The notes beneath the pieces were generated by a model. It ran no database searches. It saw nothing but the letters and a program-made list of their open reading frames with translations, and was not told the DNA's origin. DNA of 64,000 nt from the IMG/VR virus record IMGVR_UViG_3300022555_000043, positions 11,398 to 75,397 of that record. One strand, 5' to 3'. This DNA comes from a virus (taxonomy: Duplodnaviria > Caudoviricetes). Below, one piece after another: positions 57,463-64,000 of this stretch. Each line of letters opens with the position of its first letter. The stretch's first letter is position 1. The translations under genes were made by a program, and so were the position numbers.

Positions 57463-58779
57463 TTACCAGCGCCACAGACCAGAGTTCCAAGTCTTGGTAG
57501 CACTGAAATTTGCCTCACGAATCAAAGAGGCCGCAGAATCGGGGGCATCGTCTGGTTCCATCTTTGGTCGCCAGTCAATGCACTGTTCCAGATATTCAGG
57601 ATCAGTTTCCATAGCCCACTCAATATCCTTCCACACCTCATGCAAATAAGTGGCAATCTTCAGTTCCTTCTGCATACTTTCATGATACGTGTCAATCCAA
57701 ATATGATTCTGCTTTACGATTGGATTAGTTTTAAGTATGTCGGCTGTGTACCCTTTATCTGCGTTCTCTTCCATGCACAGGCGTGTACCACCATAGTGGG
57801 CAATTTTCTGGGCAATAAACCCCAACCACTCCTTCACGTTCCCGGGATAGGCGAAACCTACAGCATTCAACTTGCCGTCACTCTTCCGACGACCCATGAT
57901 CGTCAACGCGCAGAAATGTTCGCCATCAAATGCAGCATCTACATGTGCCCGGATATTCGTCAAGTCATCGGAATGCCATTTACCCATGTAGGGATCGCGG
58001 AACAACATATCAGACTCGTTCTCAAATTCAAGCTTATAGTTGACAGCAAACAAAATAGGTGTGGTTCTACTTCGGATCAGGGCTTCCTGCTCGGGGGTGA
58101 TCAAACCTGTCGTACCCAAAGGGAACTTCAAAGCTGGGGGGAGAATGCTGAACATATCGTGACGATCCCACGGAGTCCCAATATGAACCATGTGTTTCCC
58201 ACGATCCATGATGTTAGAACGAAATTCCTGAATGACCAGTTTCGTCTTCTCGCGCTCGGATTCGGAAATGCGGTCTTTCAAGTCGCAAGCATCATCGGAT
58301 ACAGCCCAATCATAGTGCTGACCAGTGATACCGCTATCGATTCCCAAAGCAGTGACCGATACTTCCTTGGTCTGGGTTTTCTTTACCGAAAGTTCAAGTT
58401 TACCTTCGCGGCGAATAGTGAAATGCCACGGCTCACCCCATGCAAACGTCAACAGATCATAAATTTCAGGAGTCATCATGAGGTTGGCTATGGTGCGGAC
58501 TATGGCTGCGGCATCTGTATAGGTTTTTCGAATAATTGCGACACGGGCATTTGGATGGAACATGAGATACCAGATTACACCTATCTCAGATATAGCTGTA
58601 GTCTTAAATGCTCCACGATGGGCCTGCAGAACCCGTTCTTCAGTGGAGTCCAGAAGGTAACGCATCCACTTGGAATGCATGGGAGTAAGCAGGTCTTTCC
58701 CTGCCAACAAACCCAATAGGTGAGGCTGCATGCGAATTCGCTTGACATGCTCCCAGTTGTAGACATTTACGTTTGACAT
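57463..58779 (-). CDS. terL: terminase large subunit
   Basis: HRGAFKT, TGQHYD...SDD, IGTPW and the nuclease DDAPDS motif. Confidence 0.9.
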   Translation of the reverse strand: MSNVNVYNWEHVKRIRMQPHLLGLLAGKDLLTPMHSKWMRYLLDSTEERVLQAHRGAFKTTAISEIGVIWYLMFHPNARVAIIRKTYTDAAAIVRTIANLMMTPEIYDLLTFAWGEPWHFTIRREGKLELSVKKTQTKEVSVTALGIDSGITGQHYDWAVSDDACDLKDRISESEREKTKLVIQEFRSNIMDRGKHMVHIGTPWDRHDMFSILPPALKFPLGTTGLITPEQEALIRSRTTPILFAVNYKLEFENESDMLFRDPYMGKWHSDDLTNIRAHVDAAFDGEHFCALTIMGRRKSDGKLNAVGFAYPGNVKEWLGFIAQKIAHYGGTRLCMEENADKGYTADILKTNPIVKQNHIWIDTYHESMQKELKIATYLHEVWKDIEWAMETDPEYLEQCIDWRPKMEPDDAPDSAASLIREANFSATKTWNSGLWRW

Positions 58780-58786
58780 AGAGAAA

Positions 58787-59074
58787 TCAACAACTCCTGA
58801 ACAGGATTGGATCGAGCCTCTTCATCACACGAATGACGGACTTTTTCATCTCGTTGTATTCCCACTCGCCACTGAATCTAAGAACCACTGATTCCATGAC
58901 CAAACGAATATACTCAGGCATCAAAGATGGTCGCCAACCCCCGGAACTAGCCAAACGCCCGAACACTTCGTCCACCAAAGCCTTGGTCACATACTGCTGC
59001 GCAAACGAATCGTACAAGACAGCCCCCCACTCGATAAGATATGTCAGCCTAGCACAAAACCCCCCTGTTGTCAA
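58787..59074 (-). CDS. hypothetical protein upstream of terL (true start probably downstream of 59040)
   Basis: ORF in the small-terminase position but with no recognisable motif; the listed TTG start coincides with a -35 box. Confidence 0.35.
   Translation of the reverse strand: MTTGGFCARLTYLIEWGAVLYDSFAQQYVTKALVDEVFGRLASSGGWRPSLMPEYIRLVMESVVLRFSGEWEYNEMKKSVIRVMKRLDPILFRSC
59046..59074 (-). promoter_or_regulatory. sigma70-type promoter for the packaging genes
   Basis: TTGACA-N17-TAGGCT on the minus strand. Confidence 0.55.
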
Positions 59075-59163
59075 TGGCAGAGGGGTGTCTGTTCTTGCGT
59101 CAGCAAGAGAAGTCTTTCTGAGTATTCGAAGAAAGAAGAAGAGAATATATTACATAAGAGAAT

Positions 59164-59211
59164 GTGTGCTGTAATGCGACACACCCCGTGTGCTGTTTTA
59201 CGACACACCCC
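59164..59211. repeat. two tandem 24-bp imperfect palindromes
   Basis: GTGTGCTGT-AATG-CGACACACCCC followed by GTGTGCTGT-TTTA-CGACACACCCC. Confidence 0.85.
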
Positions 59212-59311
59212 CCCCCTATACCACTGTGTTATTTTGATACAACAAGGCGTATCATTTCCACACATGAAAAAGCCTCTTGACATTTTTAGGTAGCTATGCG
59301 TAAATAGGGGT

Positions 59312-59614
59312 ATGCGAACGACCTTTCATACTTTCGATATGGATGTCCGATACTTGCTTCCGGTGACTACCAATCCCGGCAATTTCGGCTACTGCCTCAC
59401 CAGAAGCCCATACCGATATAAAATATGTGATTACTGCAAACGTAATATACATCTTTATCATTTATGGCAAGGCAGAATCAGCCTTATATCATGGGGCAAG
59501 GATACGGCACGACCGATTGTGTGCCCCCACTATCTGAAACTTCTGGATTCCCCGGCAAATTATCTTTCTGCGATGAAAGTGAACCCGGAACGTAGACAAG
59601 TGAAGAAGAAATGA
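59312..59614 (+). CDS. hypothetical protein
   Basis: 100-aa ORF after TTGACA at 59277. Confidence 0.5.
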   Translation: MRTTFHTFDMDVRYLLPVTTNPGNFGYCLTRSPYRYKICDYCKRNIHLYHLWQGRISLISWGKDTARPIVCPHYLKLLDSPANYLSAMKVNPERRQVKKK

Positions 59615-59653
59615 GTACACTATATGGGCACGTGAAAGCCAAAGGAGAGAGTT

Positions 59654-59854
59654 ATGGACGATGAAGCCCTGAATGCTGCTGAAGTTCAAGAGGTAGTTGA
59701 CAACACTATCGCACGAATTAAGAAGGGTGTTATGTTGGCTGGTGACGTAAACCTGACCAATCATTTTGAAGCAAAGGCTATTGGTGGCATAATCCATACC
59801 CGTCCCAATGGGGTACATACAGTTCATCTGCGAATTACATGGAGAGACAAATGA
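59654..59854 (+). CDS. hypothetical protein
   Basis: 66-aa ORF, AGGAG RBS. Confidence 0.6.
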   Translation: MDDEALNAAEVQEVVDNTIARIKKGVMLAGDVNLTNHFEAKAIGGIIHTRPNGVHTVHLRITWRDK

Positions 59855-60234
59855 GTGTGCGAGTGTTCGATGAGAAAGGGAACGTACAGCATGTCCGTCT
59901 TGGGCGTAAGGTGAGTCTGGTTCTCATGGTCAGGCCGGGGGATAAGATTTGGTTCAAGGGTGAAGCCCAATGCTATACTGTGAGGGTACGCAGTGACCGC
60001 TATGTAATCTGCACTAAATCCATGAATGTTCATGCCACAGTAGTGTACACAATTATAGACATCCAAGAGAAAGAGCGTGGCCCAGAAGATACCATATTCG
60101 GATATGTGGCAGAAACGGATATGCAATGCCGGGAAATGCTAATACGATTGGAACATGGAAATTCCGCTATATCGAGGAGAAATAAGATTCCCCTTGACAT
60201 AACCGACATACGGAGGAAACTCGATGCTCGATGA
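59851..60234 (+). CDS. hypothetical phage protein
   Basis: ATGA-coupled ORF. Confidence 0.65.
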   Translation: MSVRVFDEKGNVQHVRLGRKVSLVLMVRPGDKIWFKGEAQCYTVRVRSDRYVICTKSMNVHATVVYTIIDIQEKERGPEDTIFGYVAETDMQCREMLIRLEHGNSAISRRNKIPLDITDIRRKLDAR

Positions 60235-60481
60235 AGCTGCAGAGAAAGCTTTAGCATCCCAACTCAGGGCTGAGTGGGGTTTTGGACTGGGGGATCAGTT
60301 TGGAACCTATCGGCATGGTTACCGTGTGATCACGATAGTGGGGATGCGGAAAGACTTGGAACACCCGGAATTGTCAAAGGTCGAAGTAGAGAATTACTAC
60401 ACAAAAAAACGTTCTAAGATATTGGTATCCCGTTTACAGATTGGTAGGAGAAACGGATACTTTCATGGGAGGGTACGATGA
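60224..60481 (+). CDS. hypothetical protein
   Basis: 85-aa ORF, GGAGG RBS. Confidence 0.6.
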   Translation: MLDEAAEKALASQLRAEWGFGLGDQFGTYRHGYRVITIVGMRKDLEHPELSKVEVENYYTKKRSKILVSRLQIGRRNGYFHGRVR

Positions 60482-60609
60482 TAGGAATTTATATAGTTAT
60501 CGCTATCTTTTTTGTGGCATTTATCGAGATACGGGGGAATCTCAAAAGGATCATCGCTAATCAGTTCGTGTTGGCGAAAGCACTTAGCGAAATCAAGGAG
60601 TTGATATGA
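60478..60609 (+). CDS. small single-TM protein (43 aa)
   Basis: Hand translation MIGIYIVIAIFFVAFIEIRGNLKR...; ATGA overlaps at both ends. Confidence 0.6.
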   Translation: MIGIYIVIAIFFVAFIEIRGNLKRIIANQFVLAKALSEIKELI

Positions 60610-60860
60610 ACACGGCACAGACCAAAACCGAATTTCCTCGTGTGATGATAGGGCAGGTTTGGAAAGAAGAGGATTCCCGTTTTATCCGTTTTGTGGAGAT
60701 TATGGGTATTGATGGTGAAAAGGTAAAAATCAAGGCTATTCGTTTTGTCAGGCAAGGTGAAGACTACCCCGCCACCAACCGTATAACTACTGCATCTATA
60801 AAGAGATTCAACGGAAAGCATGGAGGGTATAGCCTCACGTTGCTATATGGCAAATCATGA
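60606..60860 (+). CDS. hypothetical protein
   Basis: 84-aa coupled ORF. Confidence 0.65.
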   Translation: MNTAQTKTEFPRVMIGQVWKEEDSRFIRFVEIMGIDGEKVKIKAIRFVRQGEDYPATNRITTASIKRFNGKHGGYSLTLLYGKS

Positions 60861-61114
60861 CTGTGATAGAAATTGTCAAGGAGTATCTGAAGTCCAATGG
60901 CTTCGATGGGTTGTGTGGGGATGAATGCGGCTGCGGATTAGATGATCTGGTTGCTTGTGATGGGGATTTTTCCCAGTGTAGTCCTGCATACAAGCATAAG
61001 TGTCTGGGAGAGCAGTGTACATGCCAATGTGATGCTTATGATGGAGATGACAGTGTAAAATGTTTTTCTGAAACCAAACCTGTTGTGCTTGACACTTCTG
61101 AAAAACTACAGTAA
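60857..61114 (+). CDS. Cys-rich hypothetical phage protein
   Basis: GFDGLCGDECGCGLDDLVAC. Confidence 0.7.
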   Translation: MTVIEIVKEYLKSNGFDGLCGDECGCGLDDLVACDGDFSQCSPAYKHKCLGEQCTCQCDAYDGDDSVKCFSETKPVVLDTSEKLQ

Positions 61115-61137
61115 CGTATCTAGGTAAGGAGTTGGAT

Positions 61138-61296
61138 ATGAATGACAATGTGCTTTGGTTGGTCATCGGAATGTTCAGTGTGGGTTTCTTCTGCGGAACT
61201 ACCTTCGGAATGTACATCATCTCTCGGGAACTGAGGATTCAGGCAAAGATCGACAAGGAAAAGAGGAGTCATAGATATGTTGCAAGCAAGGGTTGA
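61138..61296 (+). CDS. small single-TM protein (52 aa)
   Basis: Hand translation MNDNVLWLVIGMFSVGFFCGTTFGMYIISR...; AAGGAG RBS. Confidence 0.6.
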   Translation: MNDNVLWLVIGMFSVGFFCGTTFGMYIISRELRIQAKIDKEKRSHRYVASKG

Positions 61297-61474
61297 ATTC
61301 TGGTTGCTACTGCTTTGTGTGATCAGTTTCGTTGTCTATATATTCTTTCGGATGCAATGGAAAAATCCGATTAGGTTTGGGATTTGGAAGCTGAAGCAAC
61401 TCAAGGGTATCTGGGAAATGCACAAGGAGCGCAACCAATCAATTCCCCCTAAACAAGATAGGCGGAAAAGATGA
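61277..61474 (+). CDS. small single-TM protein
   Basis: FWLLLLCVISFVVYIFF hydrophobic segment. Confidence 0.6.
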   Translation: MLQARVEFWLLLLCVISFVVYIFFRMQWKNPIRFGIWKLKQLKGIWEMHKERNQSIPPKQDRRKR

Positions 61475-61644
61475 TCAGGTTCTTCGCTCAAGTATGCATC
61501 CTCGGTTGCCTGATAGGTCTACTGGGGAATGGTGTTGTACTGCGCAATGAGTACAGTGCCCCCATAGAATTTGAAAGCCGGAAATTTATCACTCAAGCTG
61601 TGGTGATGTCCCAAATCAACAGATCGAAAAGGAAGGTTGTATGA
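61471..61644 (+). CDS. small protein with hydrophobic N-terminus (57 aa)
   Basis: Hand translation MIRFFAQVCILGCLIGLLGNGVVLR...; ATGA overlaps at both ends. Confidence 0.55.
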   Translation: MIRFFAQVCILGCLIGLLGNGVVLRNEYSAPIEFESRKFITQAVVMSQINRSKRKVV

Positions 61645-61970
61645 GCCAGTTCACGGTAGGAGAATCGGTCGTTTGTATAGACGCTGCAGACATTCCTCCT
61701 CCGTGGAAGCCCTTGAAGGCTGGGGAATGTTATACGATCCGCTCCATTGAACCCATCCCCGAAGATGATGGGAATTATGATAAGAATGTTCATAAAAAGG
61801 CGAAGTACCTTGTCCGGTTATGGGGGGTACATAACATCAACCATCCGGCGACAGGAACCAACTGGAGTGTTTTTGGGAGAGAATTGGGGTATGCCGAGAC
61901 TCGTTTCGAGCATATTGAGGGTGAGAATTCCGAGATTGAAGTACGGGAAACTGTAGATATAGCCGCATAA
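61641..61970 (+). CDS. hypothetical phage protein
   Basis: FTVGESVVCIDA...YTIRSI, SH3/KOW-like small protein. Confidence 0.65.
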   Translation: MSQFTVGESVVCIDAADIPPPWKPLKAGECYTIRSIEPIPEDDGNYDKNVHKKAKYLVRLWGVHNINHPATGTNWSVFGRELGYAETRFEHIEGENSEIEVRETVDIAA

Positions 61971-61980
61971 GGAGTGCTAG

Positions 61981-62268
61981 ATGAAAATGTACATGATTGA
62001 CCGAAGTTCTTACAACAACGAGATATACACCGTAGAATTGGTACGGGAAACTGAGAAATCAATTACTGTCCTTGAAATGCGAAATTCCGACACACCGCGC
62101 CAGTCTCGTTATATGGACAAACCGTTGTTCTTCAAAACGTGGAACGAGGCCAAGGCTGCGAAGATGGCATTATATGAAGCAAAGATTGCCCAGCACAAAG
62201 CCTCGATAGTATATTTTGAAGATAAAACCAAAGAGCTTTTTATGAAAGAAGCCCCCAAGGAAGAATAA
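61981..62268 (+). CDS. hypothetical phage protein
   Basis: 95-aa ORF, AAGGAG RBS. Confidence 0.65.
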   Translation: MKMYMIDRSSYNNEIYTVELVRETEKSITVLEMRNSDTPRQSRYMDKPLFFKTWNEAKAAKMALYEAKIAQHKASIVYFEDKTKELFMKEAPKEE

Positions 62269-62269
62269 T

Positions 62270-62388
62270 ATGCCGGAAAACGACCTGTATGTATTGGTTT
62301 ATCAGACGTACTGGCGGAAAAACGACAATTATCTGCAATAGTAATGCGGAAAAGGTAGAATCATAATGCCGGAAAACGACCTGTATGT
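62270..62388 (+). repeat. 23-bp direct repeat of a gene start, 96 bp apart
   Basis: ATGCCGGAAAACGACCTGTATGT at 62270 and 62366. Confidence 0.9.
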
Positions 62389-62626
62389 TAGAAATGCAGA
62401 TAGATACTGGATAGAAATCGCCCATGATCCAAATCCGGTCTATGTGATCCATGCACCTTATGGGGGAGGAATGATTCGATTCTATGAGAAGCAGTTCTAT
62501 GCAGAGAGGTTCTGCCGTGAGAAGAACGTAAATCATAGTATGTACGTACAGCTACAAGCAGACTGGTTGAAAGAGTTTTTGGGTGGTTTCAATAAGGACA
62601 GAGATGTTCGTAAAGCTACGGAGTAG
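62366..62626 (+). CDS. hypothetical protein
   Basis: 86-aa ORF. Confidence 0.6.
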   Translation: MPENDLYVRNADRYWIEIAHDPNPVYVIHAPYGGGMIRFYEKQFYAERFCREKNVNHSMYVQLQADWLKEFLGGFNKDRDVRKATE

Positions 62627-62710
62627 AATGTGTACAAAAAAGACCAGATTTTGTGCAGATCATGCTTGACCTGTACAATATTTGGGCTTATCTTAACATG
62701 AGAGGAATAT

Positions 62711-62920
62711 ATGACCCACGATGAATCAATAGCTTTTCTGGACGACCTTATAGAAAAAACCAAGAAAATGTCCAAGGAAGAATGGGCAGCCAGAGAGAAA
62801 GAACTTGGGGTAGACAAAATTCGCTACAACCCCTATGAATATCTGGGCACATTCCACGAGAAAGTGATATATTTCCTCAAAGACATGTTGAATAGGTTCT
62901 CGTGGTGGATACGATCTTGA
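62711..62920 (+). CDS. hypothetical protein
   Basis: 69-aa ORF, GAGG RBS. Confidence 0.6.
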   Translation: MTHDESIAFLDDLIEKTKKMSKEEWAAREKELGVDKIRYNPYEYLGTFHEKVIYFLKDMLNRFSWWIRS

Positions 62921-63017
62921 AAGAATATGCATACTTTATTGCATATGGATACAAGAATATGAAAAAGACAAGCCAGTAGAATTTTGAAACGCATAAACAG
63001 TGCATAAGGAGTAGAAA

Positions 63018-63416
63018 ATGGAGCTTACCTTGGATGTTTCCCGTCTGAATGAAGGAACTGCAGACCCGTGGTGGATGATTCTTGATCCCGGGCAGAACAT
63101 GAACTGTGATATTTTCATCCTCGCAGAGATGATCACAGGCCCCTTTTTCTCAAGGGAAGAAGCCAATCAGGTACTCAAGGAACGAAAACACCATTATTCT
63201 AACAGGGCACGGGTATTCTGCGCTTCAGGCTGCTACACCCACCAGTATTCCGAGAAGTACAGGCAGGCAGAAAGCACCCAGCCCCTGAGTAGGAGAGATA
63301 AGGAATTGTTCGACAGCCTCCAAGAAGGACTTCATATGCTGTTCGAACCTAGACCTGCCACCATAAAGAACGACACTGGCAAAGATATAGATGAAGGTGA
63401 TGTAATTCGCGTATAG
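63018..63416 (+). CDS. hypothetical phage protein
   Basis: 132-aa ORF, AAGGAG RBS. Confidence 0.65.
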   Translation: MELTLDVSRLNEGTADPWWMILDPGQNMNCDIFILAEMITGPFFSREEANQVLKERKHHYSNRARVFCASGCYTHQYSEKYRQAESTQPLSRRDKELFDSLQEGLHMLFEPRPATIKNDTGKDIDEGDVIRV

Positions 63417-63893
63417 AGTGTTTTTTCTGTGCAAATTTTGGAAGTGGTTTTGAAAAAGACTGAATTCTTAGTGTGGAAGGAGAAGCTCCAAAAAAGCATC
63501 CTGTGAAAGAGCCATTGCCAGATTACCTAGAGGAAAGACTGCAGAACATTGAGAAGCTACTCCGTATACTTTGAATACTCCCTACCCGGACAAGAAAGCG
63601 GACATTGTAGCCGGATGAGAGGAATATAATACGAACTCCTGACAATTTCTGTTGGTAGTTACGCATGAATGATACACAAACAGGCTTTCGTCTCACTTTT
63701 TGATGATTCTGAGGTATAAGACGTATACACTACCATACCTGACGATTGCCTGACGATAAACGGCATAAGGTCTGGCACTTAACATGATAACCGCCATATG
63801 CAAGCTTTTTACGTATCTGGTTTCAAAAACTTGTTCGCGGCTGGCGGGGGTGAGTCTCTGCCCGGGAGGGGGGGTAGGGGGGGGCGAATTCGC

Positions 63894-64000
63894 GGCTCTG
63901 CCCTAGGCTCTGCCCTAGGCTCTGCCCTAGGCTCTGCCCTAGGCTCTGCCCTAGGCTCTGCCCTAGGCTCTGCCCTAGGCTCTGCCCTAGGCTCTGCCCT
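63894..64000. repeat. perfect 12-bp tandem array (GGCTCTGCCCTA)n, about 9 copies, running off the window
   Basis: Direct reading; preceded by poly-G tracts at about 63864-63884 and a degenerate copy at about 63854-63866. Confidence 0.97.

Noticed and set aside
57640-58719. 359-aa ORF antisense to terL, and similar long ORFs opposite the SSB (14747-15661) and MCP (52339-53202)
   Set aside because: They are codon-register shadows of well-supported genes, with no motifs or RBS.
63894-64000. CRISPR array
   Set aside because: The units are 12 bp and directly abutting, with no spacers and no cas genes.
1-64000. Genome-wide TGA-to-Trp recoding, suggested by the GT17 stop
   Set aside because: Many genes end in TGA with ATGA coupling, Trp is TGG elsewhere, and no second interrupted gene or UCA-anticodon tRNA was found.
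1-64000. Prophage integration module or host chromosome flank
   Set aside because: No integrase, repressor, att-like duplication or housekeeping genes were seen; lifestyle cannot be settled from this window alone.

Overview
The window is almost entirely one ~64 kb stretch of a tailed dsDNA bacteriophage. No integrase, repressor or host housekeeping genes are visible. It has three blocks. (1) + strand 1-33801: small early genes, an exported lytic transglycosylase, an RNA ligase followed by two tRNA genes, replication and recombination genes (primase, SNF2 and DnaB helicases, UDG-domain family A polymerase, dNMP kinase fusion, UvsY/gp32/RecA-like, split SbcCD), and a 13-kb, 13-gene rare-sugar biosynthesis and glycosyltransferase cluster (17491-30729). 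(2) - strand 33776-59074: terminase, portal, MuF, DUF2213 protease, capsid, neck, non-contractile tail, lysis genes and a repeat-containing fibre. (3) + strand 59312-63416: small early genes, then a non-coding G-rich tract and a 12-bp tandem array that runs off the window end. The strongest candidate for an undescribed system is the soluble glycosylation cluster. It appears able to make a C4-branched 3,6-dideoxy sugar and an N-acetyl amino sugar, yet encodes no flippase or membrane transferase, which suggests a cytoplasmic acceptor (phage DNA or virion). Other notable signals are an in-frame TGA at the conserved Trp of the GT17 gene, a homologous domain inserted in both a head-closure and a tail-hub protein, a fully overprinted spanin-like gene pair, and the 12-bp array. 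All family calls come from motif recognition by eye; no searches were run.
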